DNA of 63,250 nucleotides, the filler included, from an uncultured virus (IMG/VR IMGVR_UViG_2049941000_000294) (taxonomy: Duplodnaviria; Heunggongvirae; Uroviricota; Caudoviricetes). It is 10 parts of one record of this genome, joined end to end, with 100 filler letters (N's around TTAATTAATTAA, not from the genome) between each part and the next. Parts side by side here need not be neighbours in the genome. Positions count along the whole stretch, not along the records: positions 11,776 to 14,262 come from IMGVR_UViG_2049941000_000294; positions 14,363 to 37,542 come from IMGVR_UViG_2049941000_000294; 8 more parts are not named here. One strand, written 5' to 3'. The notes under the pieces are model-generated. The model was given only the letters and a program-made list of their open reading frames with translations, was not told the origin of the DNA and did no database searches. The translations under genes and the position numbers were made by a program. Shown here piece by piece: positions 12,114 through 21,539 of this stretch. How positions within the stretch are numbered: position 1 is the first letter of the stretch; every line of letters starts with the position of its first letter.

Positions 12114-12552
12114 NGCCGTTGTGGAGGTTGGACGCCGTCCAAGTGTTGATTGTCGCGACGCTCTGTACGCCCTTATAATGGCCTTCCGAACTGATTACGG
12201 ATTCCACGTAGGCTTTAACTTGCGTTTTCGTCGCTAAATTGGAGTTCGTTCCGTCGGCAATAGTGCCGTCAACCTCGTTGTAGACGTTCGCGTTGAACTT
12301 CGCCTTGGTCAGCTCGCCATCCTTGACCTTGGAATTGGTCACGGCATCCGTAGCAATCTTGCTCTCGGTGACAGCTCCGGCGGCGATTGTAGCCGGAATC
12401 GATACGTTGCCGGACAGGTCGGTATTGCCCGAACTGCCAGTCACGTTTCCCGTCAGCGAAATCTGTATGGGCGTATCAAGCCCCTTGGCCGCGATGCCGA
12501 GGATATTTCCGTTCTCGTCTTCGAGTTCTGATACAGGATTCGTTATAGCCAT
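12114..12552 (-). CDS. Tail-fibre-like protein, N-terminal fragment
   Basis: ISLTGNVTGS and AVTESKIA repeats typical of fibre proteins. Confidence 0.6.
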
Positions 12553-12561
12553 AATATCTCC

Positions 12562-13287
12562 TTACGTTGTCGGCAGCGGGTTCGTGCGCCAAAACTTCAA
12601 CCTTCCACCGCCGCGATACCGCATGCGTAAAACATTATCTTCTATCGTCTCGGGATTCACACCCAGCGGGTCGTTCGCGCTTCCGGTGCCCACAAGGGTT
12701 TCATCGTGGTGAAGGTGGTCCGTAATCTTCGGCTGCCACACGCCGAGCGAGTCAACCCACATGATGTCGTCGCCGACGTCAACCATTACGTTGCCGGGCA
12801 TGACCGTACCGGCATCTAGGAGCGTAGCACTATCGCCCTTCTTGTGCGTCGTGAGCGCATTCACTTCGGCCACCGTGAGATTGCCCAGCCAGCCACCGAC
12901 CTCGCCCGAAATCGCGTCGTTNNNNNNNNNNCCGTTCTGCCAGCATGTGTGTTAATAGCATTCTGCAGAGCAGCATCAGCGGATTCGCGTTGGGCCTTTT
13001 CGGTAGCGTCGGCGGCTTCGCGCTGAGCCTTCTCGGTCGCAACAGCGTCGTTTATTGCGGCCGCGAGCGCGGCGATAGCGGCATTCAGCTGCTCGACGGT
13101 TGCGTATCCGGTCAGATCCAAATGGAAAATCCTGGACCACGTATCGCCAGCCCACATCACGAGGTCGCCAGCGGTAACGGCAAGCGGTTCGCCGTTCGGG
13201 TTTACGAGTAGTCCGGAGTCCTTTACAGCCCAGATGTCACCATCCGTTCGCTGATCGAGCGGCATGGCATTCAGTTCGGCAACGGTC
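12562..13287 (-). CDS. Fibre/collar-like structural protein fragments
   Basis: TEKAQRExADA coiled-coil repeat x2; GTGSANDPLGV motif. Confidence 0.5.
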
Positions 13288-13743
13288 NNNNNNNNNNCGA
13301 GTCCGTCGATATCACACTGAACACCTATTCCCATCTGCTGCAAAACGACCTTGCAGACGCCGTAAACGCGATTTAGTATATTGAGGACACAATGGATACA
13401 ATAATCAAAGAATCCGAAATCACTCCAGAGCAGAACCATCTGCTGCGATTTGGTCACGCGCCGATTCAACACCAAATGGCTTGCCTCCCGCCAGTACTCG
13501 ACCAAATATTAGAAGAAGGTCGCAAGATTTTTAATGACGCCGTCTTAAAAACTGAAAAGGATATCGGAAAATTACTGAAGGCGGGAATGTTCCTGCTCCA
13601 GGATTACAACGCCAAGCACTACAACATCATAAGAAAAGAAGTAGATACGCCCCGAGAATATGACGGCATTTTCAGACATATAATCGAGGTCCGCATAGAG
13701 CACAAAAAGTCGTCTCGAAATGGGCACAGAAGANNNNNNNNNN

Positions 13744-14216
13744 AAGAGCGTCCTTAATACCGTCAAGCGTCATGTGGTCCTTGATACGGCCACCATCCTG
13801 TTCAACCTGGTCATTTAGGTCTTCAAGGTGACGGCAGAGCGTCTTTTCGGTACGCTCCAAAACCGCTTTCATTCTTTCGGTCATTACGCAACCTCCTCGA
13901 CGCCCTGCATCTTCGCAAGCAACGCCGGAACGTCTTCGCTGGTGAACGAGAAGCCGAAGTAGGATACTTTCGGGACGTTGGCGAACGCCATGTCGAGAGC
14001 AGCCTTCGCGGCATCGACATCTACCATGTTGTCGACAAGAATTCCGGACATTTCGAGCCAGGGCTTGACCTTCCCCACAAGTTGCGCAGGGTTGCGCTTG
14101 AGCGCCCCGAGAGCGGCGAAACCGAGGAAACGGTCTGCAGCCTTCGAGATGGTCGCCACCTGGTCGGCCATGAAGCCGATGAAGCCGTCAACGGCCTTTT
14201 CGAGCGATATCTGCAT
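13744..14216 (-). CDS. Two hypothetical proteins (13884-14216, 13744-13884) homologous to 38990-39364 and 39361-39588
   Basis: MQISLEKAVDGFIGFMA vs MLISFDKAFDGLIAFMA; LCRHLEDLNDQV identical. Confidence 0.75.
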
Positions 14217-14362
14217 GGGCTACCTCTTTTTACGAGGCTTGCGCCGTGCTGGTGGAGGTGGCNNNNNNNNNNNNNNNNNNNNNNNNNNNNNNNNNNNNNN
14301 NNNNNNTTAATTAATTAANNNNNNNNNNNNNNNNNNNNNNNNNNNNNNNNNNNNNNNNNNNN

Positions 14363-14652
14363 TAAGGCCCAGGAATGGGCGGAGTTGTCGGGCCCATAGC
14401 GGAACCGTGCTTGTGTGTGCTCAAATTGTAGGCGGCGGCATTGACGAATGTTCCGGCCGCATCGACACACTTTGCCGCAACCTCATCGGTTGCAAAAACA
14501 TGACCCCTTACATCAAGCGCACCTTCGACCAGGAAAGATTTTCCGTTTGTAGGCTTCGCGACAATCGAGCCATCCTTTTTGAGCCAGATGTATTGACCGT
14601 AAGGCGAATGGACCGCGACTTCGCCCTCTTCAAGTTTTTCCGGGAAGTCGCT
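14363..14652 (-). CDS. Mu gp45-like baseplate spike, C-terminal part (divergent copy, not in ORF track)
   Basis: Manual translation LEEGEVAVHSPYGQYIWLKKDGS...LSTHKHG matches GEVMVHSPFG...LSTHMH of 57693-58223. Confidence 0.8.
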
Positions 14653-14662
14653 NNNNNNNNNN

Positions 14663-15078
14663 TTGCTAGAGACCTATTTCGTTGCGCGTAGCAACAAGCG
14701 CCGCTCGAGAGACGCGGTATTGTTCGAGATGTGCTTTGAAAAGTCTCTCGTCCGTCTATGCAATGACCTGAACGGGCGCAGGCTCGATACTACCCCGAAC
14801 TATGCCTTCGTCGTTTTTAGTCCCAAGGCGAGAGAAATTTTCGCCACGGCGATGTACGTGCGCATCGTGCATCACTACCTGGACCGCAAGTTGCGCCCGA
14901 TATACGAGGACGTGCTTTCGGACCGTACCTACAACAACCGCAAGGGAAAAGGCTTGCACGCCTGCATTGCGAACTTCCGAGAGGATGTGCGCGAGATGAC
15001 CTGCAACTACACTCGCGATGCCTGGATTGTCCACATGGACCTCAAGGGCTATTTTCCGAACGCGTACGTAGAGATTGC
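14663..15078 (+). CDS. DGR reverse transcriptase, N-terminal fragment (allele 3)
   Basis: Nearly identical to the N-terminal half of 16481-17662. Confidence 0.9.
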
Positions 15079-15088
15079 NNNNNNNNNN

Positions 15089-15159
15089 AATGATACCGGT
15101 CGTAAGACCGGCTGTACCAACGCCTTTGGAGGCGTACTCATCGTTGTTATACAGGCCAT
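15089..15159 (-). pseudogene. 5' end of a homolog of 38469-38975 with no in-frame ATG
   Basis: The YNNDEYASKGVGTAGLTTGII frame is preceded by a stop; both nearby ATGs are out of frame. Confidence 0.55.
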
Positions 15160-15282
15160 CTTATCATCTCCTTAAGTTGGCTGTTAAATGCCTCCTCCGG
15201 TATTTCCGGATTCGGCGCTCTCTCGAAGATGAATATTGCTTTTGCGCCGCGTAAAAACATTAGTTTGGGCACAAGATATTTT

Positions 15283-15469
15283 TTAGCGCAAAACTGCAAC
15301 GTCAATACGGATGTCGGTAATGAGTTCGAGTATCTCTTTCATGTCGGAATTGCCACGCCGCAAACGCCTCTCCGTGTCCTTGACCTTTATGTAGAGCCAA
15401 AATAAAGGAGCATAGCCGGATAGCCGAGCACGTCGCCTATCGTCGAGAAAATCGAAGAAAGTTCATCAT
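15283..15469 (-). pseudogene. Frameshifted, truncated allele of the holin-like gene
   Basis: DELSSIFSTIGDVLGYPAMLLLFWLYIKVKDTE...VAVLR* with its ATG out of frame. Confidence 0.6.
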
Positions 15470-15532
15470 TTTATTCTCCAAAATTACGCCGGAGCCGCTC
15501 GCCTTCAATTGCTTTATCATCATAACTAGCCA

Positions 15533-16345
15533 TCAGACCCTCACCTTATACTTTCGCTGGAGCACGGCACGAAAATCGTAGCGAGCACGCAGCGCAAAGC
15601 AGTTTTTCTTGTTATTCCATTGCAAATACCGCCTGAACGATGTCAGTACCTCACGCCTAAACCGTTCAGTGACATTCCGCATATCTTTTGTCCTTAAAAT
15701 CCCGACGTAGGTATTCATCGACGAAAGCAATTGCGCAGTTTTCCACTGCACGTTCCGAGTATGATTCCATTCATTTATTTTTGCAAATGCCCGGTGTACA
15801 GTTCCGTTGTCGGCATACTCGCGTTTGAACTTCACCCGGCTACCGAGTATATGTATGCCCTTCGAATAGTGCTGGCAGTAGAACTTCCGTTCATTCAGTT
15901 GCACCTTCAGAGCCAAAAGCCTTGAGCGAATCTCCGGCATCATCGAGAGGAATTTCGCCTTGTCGGTAGTCACGATGTAAATGTCGTCAACGAAGACAAC
16001 GACACGCAAGAAACCAAAAGTCTCCAGCCACTTCACAACATTGTTGATGTAGTGACCCATGGCATTTTGCCAGCAAAGAAAGCCTATAGCACCGCCAGTT
16101 CCCACCGGCTTATTGAATAAGCTCTTTTCCGGAGTAATAGCGGACCAGTTCGAGCGCGGCACATACACCTTGCAGTTTCTCGCAGGGTCAGCCCGCATGC
16201 AGGATTCCATCATGTATCTAACGTCAGCCTCGTCATCTCCGATGTAGTAGCGGTCGATGAGGTCCATCTGCTGCGCAAGCGCAATCTCAACATCGGCGTT
16301 CGGGAAATAGCCCTTGAGGTCCATGTGGACTATCCAGGCGTCACG
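15533..16345 (-). CDS. DGR reverse transcriptase, C-terminal fragment (allele 2)
   Basis: MDLKGYF, GGAIGFLCWQ and FVDD motifs; close to 16481-17662. Confidence 0.92.
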   Translation of the reverse strand, partial: RDAWIVHMDLKGYFPNADVEIALAQQMDLIDRYYIGDDEADVRYMMESCMRADPARNCKVYVPRSNWSAITPEKSLFNKPVGTGGAIGFLCWQNAMGHYINNVVKWLETFGFLRVVVFVDDIYIVTTDKAKFLSMMPEIRSRLLALKVQLNERKFYCQHYSKGIHILGSRVKFKREYADNGTVHRAFAKINEWNHTRNVQWKTAQLLSSMNTYVGILRTKDMRNVTERFRREVLTSFRRYLQWNNKKNCFALRARYDFRAVLQRKYKVRV

Positions 16346-16480
16346 NNNNNNNNNNTCGCTTGTCCAAACTGCACAACGACGCTCCTACCGTACACATGCA
16401 GTCAACAAGCGCCTTGAGCGTCTTTTCAGTAAGACGCTTTAACTTTTCGCCCAAAATCGCCTTCAAGTCATAACTAGCCA

Positions 16481-17662
16481 TCACAGCCTCACCTTGTACT
16501 TGCGCCGAAGCACCGCACGAAAACCGTAGCGGGCACGCAGCGCAAAGCAGTTCTTCTTGTCATTCCATTGCAAATACCGCCTGAACGATGTCAGCACTTC
16601 ATGCCTGAATCGCTCGGCGACATTCCGCATATTCTTTGTTCTGAAAATTCCGATGTAGGTATTCATCGACGAAAGCAGACGAGCGGTTTTCCAATGGATG
16701 CTCCGTTCGTTCCTCCATTCCTCGATCTTCGCAAACGCTCGACGCACCGCGCCGTTGTCGGCATACTCGCGGTCGAATTTTATGCGACTGCCGAGCATGT
16801 GCACGCCTTTCGAATAGTGCTGGCAGTAGAATTTCTTTTCGTTCAGCCGTACCTTCAAAGCGGAAAGCCTTGCGCGTATCTGCGGCATCATCGAGAGGAA
16901 TTTCGCCTTGTCGGTAGTCACGATATAGATATCGTCGACGAATACAACGACACGTAAAAAACCAAACGTCTGCAGCCACTTCACGACATTGTTGATATAG
17001 TGACCCATCGCGTTTTGCCAGCAAAGAAATCCTATCGCACCTCCCGTGCCTACCGGCTTGTTGAACAGACTCTTTTCCGGAGCAATCGCGTACCAGTTTG
17101 AACGCGGAACATATACGCTGCAATGCCGTGCAGGGTCGGCACGCATACACGAGGCCATCATGTACTTCAGATCATCCTCGTCGTCGCCGACATAGTAACG
17201 TTCAATCAGGTCAAGTTGCTGCGCAAGCGCAATCTCTACGTCCGCGTTCGGGAAATAGCCCTTGAGGTCCATGTGGACTATCCAGGCGTCACGCGTGTAG
17301 TTGCAGGTCATCTCGCGCACGTCCTCGCGGAAGCGAGCGATACAGGCATGAAGGCCCTTGCCCTTGCGGTTGTTGTAGGTACGGTCCGAAAGCACGTCCT
17401 CGTATATCGGGCGCAGCTTGCGGTCCATGTAGTGATGCACGATGCGCACGTACATCGCCGTGGCGAAAATCTCCCTCGCCTTGGGGCTAAAAACGACGAA
17501 GGCATAGTTCGGGGTAGTATCGAGCATACGCCCGTTCAGGTCATTGCGCAGACGAACGAGAGACTTTTCAAAGTTCATCTCGAACAGCACCGCATCTCGC
17601 GAGCGACGTTTGTTGCTTCGGGCAACAAAATAAGTCTCTAGCATTTCATCTAGCAATACCAT
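16481..17662 (-). CDS. DGR reverse transcriptase, full length (393 aa)
   Basis: KAREIF, RKGKGLH, DLKGYF, IGFLCWQ, FVDD and LG motifs plus a basic C-terminus; adjacent to avd and TR. Confidence 0.95.
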   Translation of the reverse strand: MVLLDEMLETYFVARSNKRRSRDAVLFEMNFEKSLVRLRNDLNGRMLDTTPNYAFVVFSPKAREIFATAMYVRIVHHYMDRKLRPIYEDVLSDRTYNNRKGKGLHACIARFREDVREMTCNYTRDAWIVHMDLKGYFPNADVEIALAQQLDLIERYYVGDDEDDLKYMMASCMRADPARHCSVYVPRSNWYAIAPEKSLFNKPVGTGGAIGFLCWQNAMGHYINNVVKWLQTFGFLRVVVFVDDIYIVTTDKAKFLSMMPQIRARLSALKVRLNEKKFYCQHYSKGVHMLGSRIKFDREYADNGAVRRAFAKIEEWRNERSIHWKTARLLSSMNTYIGIFRTKNMRNVAERFRHEVLTSFRRYLQWNDKKNCFALRARYGFRAVLRRKYKVRL

Positions 17663-17790
17663 ACTATCCACCGAACGGCCTGCATTAGTCAAGTNNNNNN
17701 NNNNNNNNNNNNNNNNNNNNNNNNNNNNNNNNNNNNNNNNNNNNNNNNNNNNNNNNNNNNNNNNNNNNNNNNNNNNNNNNNNNNNNNNNN

Positions 17791-18163
17791 NTGCCGTCGT
17801 TGACCGTACTTCGCGGGCGATCCTTTCTCGCCACGCGACTATGCCATCGTCAATTCTTTGTATGTATTCGTATGATTCTACGCACTTTTTTCCAGGCAGC
17901 ACCTTCTTGTCGATACACAGCCGCATCAGACCTTTCAGCACTTCAAAATGCGCGAGGAATCTGTCCGTGTGAACCACCTTCTCGTTTCCGCGCAACTTGT
18001 AAGAAAGAGTGAACTCGACAAGCATCGCAGTCGCCGCGTCAAGGAGCCTGTCGCCGAGAACGGCCCTGTCTCGTTTTGGAATCGAAAACCGCAGACCGTA
18101 CACGATACCAACCAGCTTGTAGGTATCCACGTATATCGGAGTATCGACAACTTTCTTTGACAC
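17791..18163 (-). CDS. avd: Avd (accessory variability determinant), second allele, 3' end in gap
   Basis: Highly similar to 18324-18782; different upstream sequence. Confidence 0.85.
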
Positions 18164-18198
18164 TCCCGCAGAAAATTGCCGAAAAGCANNNNNNNNNN

Positions 18199-18303
18199 TC
18201 GCAACCGACAACGCCCGATTGTTGTTGTTCAGGTTGTTGTTGCCGTTGAAATTCCCGTTGTTGTTCAAATTCCAGCCATTGGAGCGGGAACGGACAAAGG
18301 GAA
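18199..18303 (-). ncRNA. DGR template repeat (TR)
   Basis: Reads PFVRSRSNGWNLNNNGNFNGNNNLNNNNRALSVA; all 28 adenines in 18203-18303 lie in 14 AAY codons; within the aligned spans it differs from both VRs only at adenines. Confidence 0.97.
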
Positions 18304-18323
18304 CCGCCGCAGCCGAAGCTGCA

Positions 18324-18782
18324 TCAAGGCGCACTGCCGGAACTGGTATTCATGATACCGTCGCCTCCTCTTAACTGCTCTTGCACGCCGGAATGGCGGC
18401 CATTGTTTGACGCCGCCGTTGACCGTACTTCGCGGACAATCCTTTCTCGCCACGCGATTATGCCATCGTCAATTCTCTGTATGTATTCGTAAGACTCCAC
18501 GCACTTTCTTCCCGGAAGAACCTTCTTGTCGACGCAGAGACGCATCAGACCTTTCAACACTTCGAAATGCGCGAGGAATCTGTCAGTGTGGACTACCTTC
18601 TCGTTTCCGCGCAACTTGTATGACAGCGTAAACTCAACGAGCATTGCCGTCACGGCATCAAGAAGCCTGTCGCCGAGCACGGCCCTATCGCGCTTCGGTA
18701 TCGCAAAGCGCAGGTTATACACGATACCCACGAGCTTGTAGGTATCTATGTATATCGGTGTATCGACGACTTTCTTTGACAC
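18324..18782 (-). CDS. avd: Avd four-helix-bundle accessory protein
   Basis: PIYIDTYKL...IPKRDRAVLGDRL...IAW pattern; positioned between VR and TR. Confidence 0.88.
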   Translation of the reverse strand: MSKKVVDTPIYIDTYKLVGIVYNLRFAIPKRDRAVLGDRLLDAVTAMLVEFTLSYKLRGNEKVVHTDRFLAHFEVLKGLMRLCVDKKVLPGRKCVESYEYIQRIDDGIIAWRERIVREVRSTAASNNGRHSGVQEQLRGGDGIMNTSSGSAP

Positions 18783-18804
18783 GCGGAGATCCTTTTGGTG
18801 TGCA

Positions 18805-18827
18805 GGCGCGGCTTTGAAGGCCGCGCC
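18805..18827 (-). promoter_or_regulatory. GC-rich hairpin downstream of VR2 (DGR target-recognition stem-loop candidate)
   Basis: GGCGCGGC-TTTGAAG-GCCGCGCC, perfect 8-bp stem, 15 nt after the target stop; no U-tract. Confidence 0.75.
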
Positions 18828-18842
18828 GAAGAAGGTGGAAGG

Positions 18843-19129
18843 CTAAATATCCAAGAGCGCGACCGACAACGCCCGAAGGTTGGCGTACAGGGCGCCGCTG
18901 CCGTTGAAANNNNNNNNNNACCCGGAGTGGCCGCACTGTACACGCTCGTGGTCGGAACATACACCGCGTCGCCCTGCTTGGGACGCGAAACAACGACGTT
19001 CACTCCGTCGAAGTGCACCTTGCCGGAGTCGGCCTCGAGCGAAACTGTGCTCTTGCCGAGAGCCGCACGGGCAGAAGCGTCCGCCGAATAGTCGGCGGCA
19101 TCGTCGTACTTGTTTATATAGCTTGCCAT
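18843..19129 (-). CDS. DGR target protein B (N-terminus 18920-19129; C-terminal VR2 and stop 18843-18909; middle missing)
   Basis: C-terminus FNGSGALYANLRALSVALLDI*; 10 mismatches to TR in 48 bp, all at adenines. Joining the two parts across the gap is an inference. Confidence 0.85.
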
Positions 19130-19141
19130 GGTCTAAATCTC

Positions 19142-19312
19142 CTATGCGTTCGGGACGGTTATCGTCACGTTGTTCAATTTCAGTCGGTGGTTCGTCGCGT
19201 CGTAGGCAGCGTCGATTATATCCTGCTTCTCAACGACCTTCTCCAACACCTTCGTAGTCAGCCTTTCAAGCTGCGAGCCTTTGATGGCCTTGTCATCGTA
19301 TGTATTCGGCAT
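19142..19312 (-). CDS. Small hypothetical protein (56 aa)
   Basis: MPNTYDDKAIK...VPNA*, with a GGAGG RBS, between two operon genes. Confidence 0.65.
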   Translation of the reverse strand: MPNTYDDKAIKGSQLERLTTKVLEKVVEKQDIIDAAYDATNHRLKLNNVTITVPNA

Positions 19313-19324
19313 TTAAGTCACCTC

Positions 19325-20392
19325 CTACGCGTTGGCGGCATTCCAGGCCGCGGTGAAAAGTGCATCTACTTCGGCGTCCGTCATAAACGACAGGGCGGCC
19401 TGCTTTGAATTCCAGTTGTCGATGTCCGACTGCGAGATGTTGTCAAGCAGGGCCTTGTTAGTGTGCGAGTGTCTTGCCGACGTGTTCTCGTCCACGTTGC
19501 CCTTGTACGCATCCGTGAAGTCGTTAGTCGAGAGACCCCTGCCTTCGACTTTGTCCACCTTGCCGTCAAGTTTCGCCGCGACGTCCTCGCCGCCAACAAG
19601 CAACTCCTGCACGTCCAGGCGGTCGGCGGTGCGGTCGCCAAGGTTAGTTTCGGATACAGCCTCCTCGTTGGCGCGGACTCGCGCGTCGAGATCGTTCAAC
19701 GCTGCGGCCACCACCTCGCCCATGCCGGTATTGCCCGGGTCTATGGCGTCGATTGCAGCCTTCACGCCGCCCGACGTGACAGCCTTCTGCGAGCCTTCCG
19801 TCGGCGTCGTGTCCATCGTCTCTTCGGTCGCAACAATCTTGCCGTCCGCCTCGCGCACGGCCTTGATGTACTTGCCTGTACCGCCGACTTCGGCAACATC
19901 CAGCGCNNNNNNNNNNTGGCGTCGATGGCGACCTTCACGCCGCCCGACGTGATAGCCTTCTGCGAGCCTTCCGTCGGTGTCGTATCCATCGTCTCTTCGG
20001 TCGCAACAATCTTGCCGTCCGCCTCGCTTACGGCCTTGATGTACTTGCCTGTACCGCCGACTTCGGCAACATCCAGCGCATTGATTGCATCGCGCACCGC
20101 CTTCGGGGTCGCAGCCTTAGAATCGTCGCTCTCGCTTGCAGCGATACTGCCCTTGAGCTGCACGACACCTGTCTGCGACGTGGTGCCGGAGCGGATAGTC
20201 TTCTTCGTCGCGGTAATNNNNNNNNNNGTATTCTGCGTGAGGGAATCTATGGCCTCGATGGTCGTACCGCTCGCGGTCGGGTCACTCTTGCTCGCCTGCT
20301 TAATCTTGTAGTTGCCTTCGGAGCTCTGCCAAATCTTCACGCTCTGGTCGTCGGACACGTAGAAGATGACTTCCTGCCCGTCTACAACGGGG
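19325..20392 (-). CDS. Fibre-like structural protein fragments with a duplicated ~145-bp segment
   Basis: KVDKVEGRGLSTNDFT, GVVQL..AATPKAV and PTEGSQKAVTSGGV fibre motifs; 19762-19906 is close to 19934-20078. Confidence 0.65.
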
Positions 20393-20402
20393 NNNNNNNN
20401 NN

Positions 20403-20503
20403 AACCGACAACGCCCGACCGTTGGTGTACAGGGGGTAGCTGCCGTAGAAAGCCCCGGTGGCGTACAAATTCCAGCCAAGGGAGCGGGAACGGACAAAGG
20501 GAA
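20403..20503 (-). repeat. Variable region VR1
   Basis: Ungapped 101-bp match to 18203-18303 with 17 mismatches, all at TR adenines. Confidence 0.97.
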
Positions 20504-21539
20504 GCCAGTAGCGCGAATTGATCGAGTTCGTGTTAAGCTGTAGCGCGCCGCCTCCGATTTTCGACAGCGTCTTGTTAAATATGTCTGCGGCAGGGTTCTC
20601 GAGCGTGTACTTGACGTGCCTGAAGATGTCCTGTACGATGCCGAGCCCAGGCTGGAACCAGTCACCACGACGAAGTCCGTCCACATTCGCAAACTGACCG
20701 TATGAACCCCATGTCAGGTTATGGTTGTAGGCAAATTGCGCAACTCGGAAGAAGGCCGAATTGTCGGCCTCATTCGCATCGACAAGTACCTTCGTCGCCG
20801 CCTTGCCATCCTGGAAGACGACGGAATTGCTCGCCAGCGAGCTCGGATACGCCAACCGACGAGATTCAAGATACTTTCGGAAGCCCGCCTCGCCTGCACC
20901 AAACTTGGCGATAGTTTCGGCCACCTTGTACGTCGCAGTGTCATGAGCCGTAATGTCGGATGCCGCAGGACCGAGTGTCAGGCCCCAGTCGGCCCCGTTA
21001 AGAAAGTCGTTTCGCAACCCGTTAGTACCGCCGTTCCAGCCCTCGTTCTCTCTCTCGCCGCCTCGGCCCGTCAGCCACGCAAACAGCACGTCTATTTGGC
21101 AGGTTGCGCGGAAGCCGACAAGACCCTGCGTATCCTCGGCGTCTCCAGCCTTGATTTTATTAATGTCTGCATCGGAAAGCTTGTCGGACGGAATGGTATA
21201 TGCAGAAGATGTCGCGCCGGTAAAGAAAGGACCGGCAGCACCAACGTTCTTATACAGCACGTAGCACTTGTTGCCGCTCACGCTCGCCACGACGCCGAGC
21301 GCGGTGAAGCCCGCCGCCGTCATCTTGGCGTTGTCAACGGTATCGCCAGCGACGAACGTCACAGAGCCTTCCGTAACGCCGCTGCCAGGAGTTGCCGAGC
21401 TATACACGCTCGTGGTCGGCACGTACACCGCGTCGCCCTGATTGGGGCGCGAAACAACGACGTTCACGCCCTTGTAAATGCCGGAGCGGTACACGCCGTG
21501 ACCGCCCTTATATATCGAACTTATTTTGTACATACCCAT
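20403..21539 (-). CDS. DGR target protein A with C-terminal variable region, probably C-type-lectin-like
   Basis: GDWFQPG...YWLPF...GWNLY...RALSV C-terminus; VR1 at 20403-20503. Confidence 0.92.

Noticed and set aside
15533..17662. Group II intron, retron or Abi RT
   Set aside because: Short RT without maturase/endonuclease domains, and accompanied by avd, TR and VRs.
18219..18280. (GTT)n microsatellite or CRISPR-like repeat
   Set aside because: Explained by the AAC codons of the DGR template repeat; no repeat-spacer structure and no cas genes.
16481..18334. 617-aa TR-Avd-RT fusion ORF
   Set aside because: Read-through across N gaps; the TR frame, the second avd and the RT are separate elements.
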